This document shows positions 1-9,456 of a DNA stretch of 24,478 bases, one piece after another. Numbering within the stretch: position 1 is the stretch's first letter; every line of letters begins with the position of its first letter. This DNA is from Azolla caroliniana. Lineage: Eukaryota; Plantae; Polypodiophyta. The stretch is from NCBI GenBank assembly GCA_043228905.1, contig JBHGNT010000456.1, positions 1 to 24,478 of the forward strand. Reading direction: 5' to 3'. The translations under genes were made by a program, and so were the position numbers. A model generated the notes under the pieces. It did not search any database. It worked only from the letters and a program-made list of their open reading frames with translations, and was not told the origin of the DNA.

Positions 1-420
1 CTGACTGGCCCTTGGTGCAGAAAGGTTTGACATTTTGCGAGAATAGTTTGCGTTCACAATAGTGAAAATAGCTCTCATTATACTTGGAAAGTTTAAATGA
101 AGGTAACATAAAAACCAGATGCATGCAAAGTCATGTAAGAAAAGCAAATGCAGTTGGTGTGAATGCAAGAAATAAGATACGGAAGTAGTGGTTTGTCGAA
201 TTATGTCGTGAGAAAGGAAGGTTTTTTTTTTCTTTCGAGAATCTTTGAATTTTATTTTGCATACTGGTCTGCGCCCGTCAGTCAGTTGGATGCATCAATT
301 TTGGATTTTCCCAGCTTCCAGCTACATATTTATATCAATGTAAAGCACATTGTTGAACCGTGAATACAAAAATGATACAGACTTGGACCCACATATAGAG
401 CTTATAAGAATTATTGGTAA

Positions 421-438
421 TATATATATATATATATA
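421..438. repeat. (TA)9 microsatellite
   Basis: Direct reading of the sequence. Confidence 0.9.
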
Positions 439-2779
439 TTACCCAAGTTGCTAATTGTTACATTATGGAAGACATATGGGCCTTGGGAAAAAGATGAAGT
501 GGACACTGCCAAAGTGTTAAGTGCACTTAAATTTATGTAACATAAAATCACAGAGGAAGGCATTTGTTGTGAATTGGCCAAGTTGATATTAACAAAAATG
601 GATGAATGTGTTTTAACTATTCTAGGGTTGCAGTTACCAGATGTCTCTGGCTGCATTTGAGTTTGAAGTAACATAGGAGTGTTTAAAATAAGATGCGACA
701 CCTGCAATCCATTCTAATTCCAACCTGGGGTATCAAATCTTTGGCGAATGGTATTGTTATTTCCTTGTGGGTGGACTGTATCCAATGGGTAGATATTGTG
801 GCTAAGTAATAGTGTTGCCCAGATTTATATAAAGTATGTAGGTGGCATTGTTGTGTTGTGTATTTAAAATAGGTTACCATGGACATGCTGGATATGTAAT
901 GTAGTTGTGGTGACAGATGTTTTGGCTTTGGTCTAGAGCTTGGCATATTTGTGAACTGAAGTGTTTTATTGTATAATATGCTATTGGTATGCTCTGCTTT
1001 CATTGTCTTTCCAGAGAGAAGCTAGAGTAGTTGGATATGTTGTGTAAGGTAGGGTAAGGATTGGCTGTACATATTGGAATAAATCACCTTGGAAGGTTAA
1101 GTCTCTAGCTAATGTTGGAAGGAGGAACATTGTCCGATCAACTTATTAGTCTGCTTCCTTATGTGAATCTTTTGACAATATCTTTAGTCTCGTGTATGTG
1201 GGCAATCCACACTTTAGGTTTCCGAATGCTCAGCTCGTGAATGGTGACGTATGACCTACATAAGTAGGTCGTTGTATGAGCTCCATTGAGGAGTTGAAAG
1301 CAGCAGGGCCCAAGAAACCATTGTACGATATAGGTTCTTCTCATAATTCGATATGATGACAACTTATAACCTGCCTAAGTTTTGGAAAAGAGCACCATAG
1401 ATTCTGGAAGAAAATGATCACATGTGAATTGCTAGGAGTGGTGGGTTTTAGAACTATTGGGAGCAGAATCAAATCATTGATATTATTACCTTTTGTTGGG
1501 AGTGGTTGAGAGGATCAGGTTCCTTTATCTACTCTATTTTAACTTTTTCTACTTCAAATTTGGCCTATTTTATAGCATGTTGGTGTTTTGTTCTTAGTGG
1601 CCCTTGCGAAGGAAATGGTAATTGAGACTGGTTTTAAAGATGGTGATGTACGTGATAAGGTGAATATGATATGGAGGCATTTTGTAAAAAAAAACTACAA
1701 GATTTAAATGAGAGTAGCTTGGCAATTAATCATGTGATTTTAAGCTATTTTTTTACATAAAATTAAATAAATGTAATACTATTACTTATGACCATATTAA
1801 TTTTAAATTGAAGGACTAATCTAAAATGCAAATTGGTGCCTTGCTTTGCTTTAGGATCGTGCATTTACTAGGCATAAAGAGTTGACGCATCACATGTCAA
1901 ACACCAACCACAAACCACAGACCTTATATCGTTCAAGTGGATCACTCTTGCCACTTGAACTAACTTTAGTTGTTGGGAGTAAGTTCCATCTTGCAACTCC
2001 TTCAAAATGCTTCTTCAACAAACCTTTTAACCTATCATAAACTTGATTTGTGACACTTTTTCTCACTTGCACATGCTGCGTCACAACAACACGCAACCAA
2101 ATAAAATATATTGACAAGCATTCTACCAAAATCAGGCAACCATAAAAGGATAAGAACCAATGCATGCTTGAATGGAAAAGCATGGGTGCACGTCAAAAGA
2201 GAGGATACCACTTTTAACCAACAATAGAGATCCAGAAAGTTATATGCTAAGCAAGTGAGCTCATTGTTGAGTTTCTTGTTTTGAAGACTCAAACGCTCAG
2301 GTGTCGACAACAAACCGTTCACTATTCTTGGGATGAACTCCCAATACTTTTGACTATAAACCAAATCACAAGGCGACGAATCACAAGGGCATGTGACAAG
2401 TCTATGCCAACCAATGCAACATGGCCCTCCATCATAGAGTCGTAACATCGAAACTCAAGGCCGCCCAACTTCCTTTAATGTTATCGACTCTTCTTGCCCT
2501 ATGTAAAAGGGTCAAATACTATAAATCTTGTGTAAATGCATTCCATCCCTTGAAAGTTATTGTAAATCCAAGGGATTTATAACCACAAATATCCTTGATA
2601 TCAATAAAAAAATACTTTAATATCTACTTATACATTGAAATTACTTGTCCATACAAATAATTCATTGTGATTTTTATCTTGGGAAGAAAGAATGAGTCGA
2701 AAATAGAACGGCAAATTTCCTTACTCGTTATTGAGTATATCTCATAGGCCTGACATGAAAGATATGTTGGCATGGCTCT

Positions 2780-3235
2780 TAGCAATGGGCGTGGTTCGGT
2801 TCGGTTTCTTGGCCTTGAAACCAAACCAAACCAAACCAAACTGTTTAAATTTTATGAAGCTATTTAAACCAAATCGTTTATCAAAATTTTAGAACCAAAC
2901 CAAATCGGTTTATTATAAATCAAAACCAAACCAAACCGATAAACCTATAAACCTATAAACCTTCAAAACTTTTAAACCTTAAAACCTTAAAACCAAACCA
3001 CATAAGCAGAAACCGTTAAACCGTGAAATTCAAAACCGAACCGAACCGAACTCGATAAACCGATAAGCAGCTAAACCGCTAAACCAAGAAATTCAAAACC
3101 GAACCGAACCGAAACCAAACCGGATCATAATATTTGAAACCAAACCAAACGGTTTACTTATCATTGAACCAATAAACCGTTAAACCATGGCTTAACGGTT
3201 CGGTTCGGTTTGAGCTGAAACCGTGCCCATTGCTA
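2780..3235. mobile_element. Non-autonomous hAT-superfamily element (MITE-like), 456 bp
   Basis: Terminal inverted repeats TAGCAATGGGCGTGGTT ... AACCGTGCCCATTGCTA. Perfect 8-bp TSD ATGGCTCT at 2772-2779 and 3236-3243. The interior is packed with AAACC/AACCG pentamer repeats resembling hAT subterminal transposase-binding motifs. No coding capacity. Confidence 0.9.
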
Positions 3236-3570
3236 ATGGCTCTCCATGAGTGAAATGCTAGATGCGTGTTTTTCCTCAAAACTTGGGGAGACATAATCTT
3301 TGTACGTCATATGGGCTACTTGTCCACAATGGCTTAATATAGAGAAAGTGTTAAGTAAGGCTCTCCTTGAGAGAAATACGTTTGTGTCCTCGTGAAACAT
3401 GCACGCATGCTCTCTTTGTGTGAGGTGATTAGATCAACTAGTTTTCATGGGGGCGAGGTAATCTTCTAAATTGACAATAATGCATTAGTTTGTGCGAAGT
3501 GGTGAGTTCTCATAATAATATTATGATAATGACACTCTATCATGACTGTGTGGTTTTGTATGTAATGAAC

Positions 3571-3699
3571 TGAAATAATAAATGGAATAATAATTTCTGT
3601 ATTACAATGTATAGCTTAATGGTAAGGCTTGAACCCATGTGACACAATGTCATGGGTTCAAATCCATTTGAAGCCATATCATGCCATATTATGGTCACA
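3571..3699 (-). repeat. 3' LTR fragment of the decayed chromovirus
   Basis: Begins TGTGACC on the minus strand just after the polypurine tract. Aligns by eye with 7824-7939 (TGAAATAATAAATGGAA...GTATTACAATGTATA...AAGGCTT..AACCCA..GACACAA..TCATGG..TTCAAATCC..TTTGAAG), with many substitutions and indels. Confidence 0.75.
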
Positions 3700-3703
3700 C
3701 TAA

Positions 3704-3728
3704 CCCCTCCCCCCCCCCCCCCCCCCCC
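3704..3728 (-). promoter_or_regulatory. Polypurine tract (expanded G run) of the decayed chromovirus
   Basis: Minus strand reads G20-A-GGGG-TTAG then TG, which starts the LTR, directly after the end of pol. Confidence 0.75.
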
Positions 3729-3736
3729 TGGAGTGT

Positions 3737-3856
3737 TACGAGTCATCTTAGATGGAGGACCAGGCTTGTCGTGATATTGCCGATGAAAATCCTCAATACG
3801 AGTCATCTTAGATGGAGGACCAGGCTTGTCGTGATATTGCCGATGAAAATCCTCAA
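3737..3856. repeat. Perfect 60-bp tandem duplication
   Basis: 3737-3796 is identical to 3797-3856. It duplicates EDFHRQYHDKPGPPSKMTR in frame at the chromodomain C-terminus. Confidence 0.95.
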
Positions 3857-5366
3857 CAAGAGCTTGAGCATTTACCACATTCTCGACTAGTTCCCAAGTA
3901 TTGCTCAGTTGGACTATAGCCTAGCCAATTGACCAAATAGTAAAGCTTGTTGCGAACAATCTTAGAATTGAGGATGGCAGCTACTTTGTATTCTGGTCCT
4001 ACTTCAAGCTCGATCGGGGGTGGAGGTGGTGTAACCCAATTCAGAATAGTGTTGTCTTGATACGGTTCGAGAAGAGAACTATGAAAAACCGGATGTATCC
4101 ATAATTGCGGAGGTAGATCGAGACAAAAAGCGACAACATTAATTTTTCCGATAATACGGAAAGGACCTAATCGTCGATAGTTCAATTTATCACATGGGCG
4201 AGTAGTCTTGACGTGTCGTCCTAATAGCCATACCCGATCTCCAATGTTAAAATTGCATGAAAGTCGATGACGATCCGCATAATCCTATGTTGAGCTTGTT
4301 GTAAATGAGTGGATAAGTCTACATGTATCTTGTGTAGCCGCTCCGAATGATCCTCTGCACAAGGATTTGTGGGTAACTCAAGAGTTTCGAATACACACCA
4401 CTGAGGATGATAGCCTGCATAAGCATAAAATGGTGTTACCCTAGTTGATGAGTGGACAAAGTTATTATATGCAAATTCATCAAAGTGGAGAATTATATAC
4501 GCCCAACCATCTTGTTGATAGCTTATAAAACATTGAAGATATCATTCCAGCGTTTGATTTGTTCGTTTTGCTTGTCCATCTGTTTGCGGGTGGTAGTTAG
4601 AGGAGAGGTTACAAGTGACCTTGAGCATTTTGAAGAGATGCTTCCAGAATTTCGAGACGAATTGGGGTCCATGGTCGCTGATGATACTATCGGGGAGGCC
4701 ATGATGCCGAAATACCTCACACATATCAGTTTCAACGGTTTCTTCACTAGTGATTTCCTTAGTACAATGCAGAAAATGTGCCATCTTCGTTTATCGATCT
4801 ACTACTGTTAAGATCACATTGAATCCCTTTGAGACTGGAAGATGTGTGATGAAATCTAGAGAAATGGATTGCCATAGCTTGCTTGGAATTGGTAATGGTT
4901 CCAATAAACCATATGGATGATGTCTTGGCATCTTTGCTCTACAACATGTATCACATGTCCGAACATAGTCTTCGACAAATCGTCGCATATGAGGCCACTA
5001 GAATTATCGTTGTACTAAATCCAACGTTTTAGTACTATTGAAATGCCCCGTTGTATATGTGTCATGACTATTTTGGACTACTCGAAGGCGACAAGAACCA
5101 TTAGGAACATACAAAAGTTTCTTAAAGAATAGTAATCCATCATGACATTCAAATTGTTGATGGTCCGTACCTGGTTGTTGCGACTGTGAACAAGATGCCT
5201 GAGAGGGATCAATTTGTGCTAGAATGGCTTGAGCGAAAGCGTCTGTTTTCAAGTCTTCACGTACTATGGTATCGATAATGTGGGAATCCAATGGCGTATC
5301 CAAAACCCACATTGCTTGTAGTCGTGCTAGTCCCAGGATTACTTGCTTTTGAGAATGCTGGCTCAC
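3740..5366 (-). pseudogene. Integrase plus chromodomain, disrupted
   Basis: Zn-binding region (SHDTYTTGHF ... CDTC), core motifs ISLDFIT / IISDHGPQF / YHPQTDGQ, GPF motif (RLGPFRI..IHPVFH), chromodomain EYKVAAILNSKIVRNKLYYLVNWLGY. Split by stops and frameshifts. Confidence 0.9.
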
Positions 5367-5508
5367 TAGGACGCGATGCTAGATACGAGCGTCGTGATAA
5401 CGCATCTGCCTTCCCTTGCTGCTTCCTAGGGCGATATGTAATTTTGAAGTTGAAATGAGTGAGGAATTGGGCCCACTGAGCTTGACGTCGATTTAATACA
5501 CGAGCATT

Positions 5509-5829
5509 CTAGAAGTAGGCAAGATTTTTGTGATCACGGAATACGGTGACTTGATGAGAAGATCCCTCTAAAAAATGCCTCCATTGTGTAAAAGAGTCCA
5601 CTATTGCTAATAGGTCTTTGTCATGTATTTCGTTGTTGATTTTGGCGGCGTCAAACTTGCGTGAGTGGAAAGCCATAGGATGTAGCTTTTCATCATCGCA
5701 TTGTTGTGACAGAATGCTACCCAGGGCCAAATCCAACACGTCTGCCTTAATGATGAACAATTTTTTCGGATCAACATGAGCTAGAATAGGAGCTGATGTA
5801 AATGCTTTTTTAAGACTCACAAAAGCCAT
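5509..5829 (-). pseudogene. RNase H fragment of Gypsy pol
   Basis: LKKAFTSAPILAH..., LHPMAFHSRKF, EIHDKDLLAIV, WRHFLEG, DHKNLAYF. Catalytic motifs are degraded and the frame is interrupted. Confidence 0.88.
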
Positions 5830-6125
5830 GTCCGCTTCTTTAGACCAAACAAATGACCACCCCTTCTTGGTAAGCTATGTGAGAGGCAGAATAAGCTTTG
5901 AGTAATCCTGTATAAACTTGCGGTAGAAATTGGCGAAGCCTAAAAAGCATTGCACATCTCAAAACGAACGCGGAGTTTGCCACTCTACCACAATTTTGAC
6001 CTTAGATGGATCCATAGAGATGCCTTCCGAGGAGATGACATAGCCTAGAAATTCCACCTGGTTGAACTTGAAACTACATTATTCTAGTTTTGCATAAAAA
6101 CCATGTTCTCGAAGTCGTTTTAGTA

Positions 6126-7316
6126 CTAATGATACATGAGAATCTTGTTCTTTTTGAGTCTTCGAAAAAAGCAGAGATCATCCAAATAGATGATCAAACA
6201 AATATCCAAGAGATCTCGGAATATATCATTTGCCATGTGTTGGAAGACTGTTGGCGCATTAGGGAGACCGAATGGCATAACTGTATACTCGAAGTGCCCA
6301 TACCTGGCGCAAAACATCATCTTCCATTCATCTCCTCGTCGGATCCGTACGAGGTTATATGCTCCTCGTAAGTCGATCTTTGTGAAGTCTAACTTTGCAC
6401 TATTGATTCGTTCTAAAAGACTCGAGATAAGGGGAAGTGCATACTTATTCCTGATGGTGACCTTATTCAAGCCACGGTAATCTACGACGAGAAGAAGTGA
6501 TCCATCCTTTTTCTTGACAAAGATAATGGGTGTGCCAGCTGGAGATTTTGAATGTTGAATGAAACCGTTTGCCAAATTCTCCTCTATGTAGGCTCGAAGG
6601 ACTTCTATCTCAGTTGGTGACAAGTTGTAGATCAGTCCGCATAGTGGCTCTTTTACTGGTTGTAAATCAATGGGACAATCATATAATCGGTGGTGAGGAA
6701 GTGTACTGGCTTGTACCTTATTGAACACATCGACATAATGACGATACTTCTCTGGAAGTTGAATTGTGGATTCCTCTTTAGTGGTGTTGGAAGGTTTTAC
6801 TGATACTTCGAAGACAAACATTGCTTCCTTACGTCCTTCCTCACGCAATTGATGTAGCGAAATGGTTGCAATCCTATGAGTAGGTCCTTGGGTTTGTCGA
6901 TACCAGATTTCTCTTATTCTCCAATCTATGTCTGGGTTATGTAATTCGAACCATGGTAACCCCAAGACAATTGGATGATTTGGACTACTAATTATATTAA
7001 ATGATACTACACACACGAAATTATCTAGGACAACTTGAATCAGCTCTGACTCTTCTATGATATTTTCGGAAGCAATGGGACGACCATCAATAGCTACTAC
7101 AAATGCTAGGCATGAAAGTTTTCTTAGGGATATCTGATGAGCTTGGGCAAAATTCCTATCCATGAAGCAAGAGTTGGCTCCGAAATCTAATAGTGCTAAG
7201 ACATGTACTGGAGGAGTACTTTTAGTACTAACCATTACTTGAGCTAAGAACACATTGCTAACTTGCTTAGAGGGAATGGAACCACTAATGGGTTGCACAG
7301 ATCTAGGGTTGTCCAA
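6126..7316 (-). pseudogene. Aspartic protease plus reverse transcriptase, disrupted
   Basis: ALLDFGANSCF protease motif, PIVLGLPW, FVKKKDGSL, VDYRGLNKVT, KIDLRGAYN, VMPFGL, IYLDD. A frameshift follows the YLDD motif. Confidence 0.92.
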
Positions 7317-7319
7317 CCA

Positions 7320-7740
7320 ATCTCGACTGATTGCCTCTGTGAGCGATTTTGGTTCTTTAGGGAAAGTCAGGAGTAAGCCTTTGACATAATTTCGTAGGCC
7401 GTATCGAAATTGTTCTATTAATGCTTGATCATCCCAAGGGATATCAGAGGCGAGTAGATGGAAATCTACAACATATGCGGAGGCTGGACGATCACCTTGA
7501 TGTAATCATCGGATTTTGTTGATTGTCGTCCTTATGCTATCACTATCTCCAAAACAAGCTTTAAACTCGCCTATAAACTCTTCAAAATTATTTAGTAATG
7601 GAGATTCCTTTTCTACCAACGGAGCGAACCATGCCAAAGCTGAGCCACTTAACAACGTGCCTACTAGACCCACTCGTGATGCATCGGTGGGATATTGGGA
7701 AGGATGCATTTGAATGACTAATCGTACCTGATTAAGGAAT
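7320..7740 (-). pseudogene. Gag C-terminal fragment (N-terminus deleted)
   Basis: HPSQYPTDASRVGLVGTLLSGSALAWF...FEEFIGEFKACFGD is typical chromovirus Gag. It contains an internal stop and abuts LTR sequence at ~7741 with no PBS. Confidence 0.82.
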
Positions 7741-7939
7741 CCTCTTTTTATAGTGGCTTAGGAATACTCTTGGCATTTCTAGAATGTTCCAAAGAAATCT
7801 AGAATATACATGGATTTCCTACGTGAAATAATAAATGGAAATAATGTTCTTTGTATTACAATGTATAAGGCTTCAACCCATTAGACACAAGGTCATGGCT
7901 TCAAATCCTTTTGAAGTCATACCATGCTATATCATGACA
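7741..7939 (-). repeat. Truncated 5' LTR of the decayed chromovirus
   Basis: Starts TGTCATG on the minus strand at 7939 and is similar to 3571-3699. Contains CTAGAA motifs and a minus-strand TATAAAAAGAGG at ~7741-7752 immediately before the junction with gag. Confidence 0.65.
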
Positions 7940-8330
7940 CCAAGCAAGTGTTTCTAGAATTTCTTGATGAATTGTGGGCCTTGATAATTGATGAAGTCAT
8001 CAAGAAGGACATGATGCCAAATACTTCATGCATGCATAACTAGATTTGTTGTCTCTAGATTATTGACACTATTTGTGCATGGAAAAAAATGTCTCATCTA
8101 AGTGAGTTGATCCACAACAATGACATCAAGACTTTTGGAAGATGGAAGATCGGTAATGAAGTCCAGAGAGATAGATCTAGTCCATGGATCATCTGGAAGT
8201 GAAGTTGTAAATGTTGGAGTAACCCATTTGGTTAGATGTTGAGGACACTTGACTCAAAACATGCATCACGACTATGAATGCAATCTTTAACAAAGTTGCA
8301 AAGTTTGAGCATCTATCAATAGCCTCCAAC
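7940..8330 (-). pseudogene. Older, heavily decayed integrase relic of a related Gypsy element
   Basis: Minus-strand translation gives PDDPWTRSISLDFITDLPSSKSLDVIVVDQL, homologous to the region around 4790-4900. 7950-8030 resembles 4640-4720. Confidence 0.75.
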
Positions 8331-8464
8331 AACATGCATCGCAACTATGAATGTAGTCCTCAACAAAAGTTGTAAAATTGCATCCACTAATAGCTTTTTC
8401 ACAACATTCATCACTAGTAACTACTATGTTCAATGTAATCCCCGACAAAAGTTGCGGAATTGAG
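8258..8464. repeat. Degenerate tandem repeat, ~72-bp unit, about 3 copies
   Basis: Recurring AACATGCATC...ACTATG(..)AATG...ACAAA(A)GTTG...TTG units starting near 8258, 8331 and 8403. Confidence 0.7.
8391..8464 (+). repeat. 74-bp direct repeat, left copy
   Basis: Identical to 17777-17850 (TAGCTTTTTCACAACATTC...GTTGCGGAATTGAG). Confidence 0.95.
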
Positions 8465-8580
8465 TAGTTGTGGGCCGTATGGCCTAAGCAAGGAGTGCGA
8501 GCGTATAACCTTCGGCGGTTGAATAGTTAGGGTAAATAGTATGGTACCTAAAGAATAGTATAAAAGAGAGTAGTAGGGGA

Positions 8581-8585
<5 letters not shown>

Positions 8586-8630
<45 letters not shown>
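8586..8630. repeat. (GA)n microsatellite
   Basis: Direct reading of the sequence. Confidence 0.9.
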
Positions 8631-8635
<5 letters not shown>

Positions 8636-8731
8636 AATTTCAATTTATGTAAGAAAAGGTCAACCACCGACGGCAAGATAGCATCGTCAACCACCGAGCC
8701 CTCGTTCGTGTCGAGTGCCCCCACAAAACGT

Positions 8732-8962
8732 TGTCGTGAAGAAAACCGTCCACAAGCGGAATCGGTGCACCAGAGCGTAGGAACCGGCTCTTCATGCACG
8801 TGCGCCTTATGTTGTACAAAGGAGATCCTAGGCGGGCAGATTCGGTAGGTAGGAAGTAAAGGGGAAAACGGCTCCTTCCCTGCCTATAAAAGGAGGGAGA
8901 CGCGAAAGAGGAGGGGATCGCGGAGAGTCGAGGACGAAGTGCTGTCGGGTTACGTGCGAAGG

Positions 8963-9005
<43 letters not shown>

Positions 9006-9309
9006 GGTTGCAAACGCCATAGCTTCCTTCTGTGCAGGTTTCGGGAGGCCCGCGCTGCTCTGAGGAATGCCCGAGTGCTTCCGGCAGCACCTCCAACCTA
9101 CTCATTCCCCTCTGTGCGTTTACGAGCAGGTATCGACATCTGTTCGCCGGCCTATTCGGTTGTAACCGACTTCGTGTTTTGTTGTCTTCGTGTTCTTGTT
9201 GTTTGTCTTGTCAATACATACATACTTTCGTGTCTTTCTGTGTCGCTGTCCCACTCGCGTCTTTGCGTCGAAGGGCCGTGTCCCTGTGAATCTACGCTCG
9301 CACGTAGTG

Positions 9310-9347
<38 letters not shown>

Positions 9348-9410
9348 TCTTCGGTACAGGACCCCCGAGGTCCCGCCTCACTCCACGCACCCGCGAGGAA
9401 TACCTCGACA
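8732..9410 (+). repeat. 5' LTR (679 bp)
   Basis: TGTCGTGAAG...ACCTCGACA, matches 15121-15889. TATAAAA at 8885-8891 and two (CT)n tracts. Confidence 0.97.
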
Positions 9411-9416
9411 TATTTT

Positions 9417-9434
9417 TGGTGAACCCGACGTGAA
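9417..9434 (+). promoter_or_regulatory. Primer binding site complementary to the 3' end of tRNA-Trp
   Basis: TGGTGAACCCGACGTGAA lies 6 nt after the LTR. Its reverse complement TTCACGTCGGGTTCACCA matches the plant cytosolic tRNA-Trp 3' end plus CCA as I recall it. Confidence 0.85.
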
Positions 9435-9456
9435 AGAGGCGACAGAAGAGCAGAAG

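Larger units (their letters stand above)
3571..7939 (-). mobile_element. Decayed chromovirus-type Ty3/Gypsy LTR retrotransposon (Tcn1/Tf1-like), internally deleted
   Basis: Minus-strand order gag-PR-RT-RNaseH-IN-chromodomain in broken ORFs. Related LTR fragments at 3571-3699 and 7824-7939, and a purine tract next to the left LTR. No TSD found and the left boundary is approximate. Confidence 0.88.

Noticed and set aside
440-1500. Short ORFs and coding-like composition suggesting an old TE or gene relic
   Set aside because: No motif I can recognise in any frame. A translated profile search is needed.
1890-2520. Minus-strand fragments faintly like a LINE RT (e.g. VALVGIDLSHA)
   Set aside because: Similarity is too weak and fragmented to support a call without TBLASTN/HMM evidence.
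2800-3215. AAACC/AACCG arrays as a CRISPR-like or satellite array
   Set aside because: No constant repeat-spacer structure. They are explained as subterminal repeats of the hAT element in a eukaryotic context.
3605-3677. A functional tRNA gene
   Set aside because: Acceptor and anticodon stems do not pair and it lies inside an LTR. Kept only as a tRNA-like module.
9190-9456. N-terminal extension of the 797-aa ORF
   Set aside because: It starts at a non-ATG codon inside the 5' LTR and runs through a (CT)n tract and the PBS. The ATG at 9457 is the plausible Gag start.
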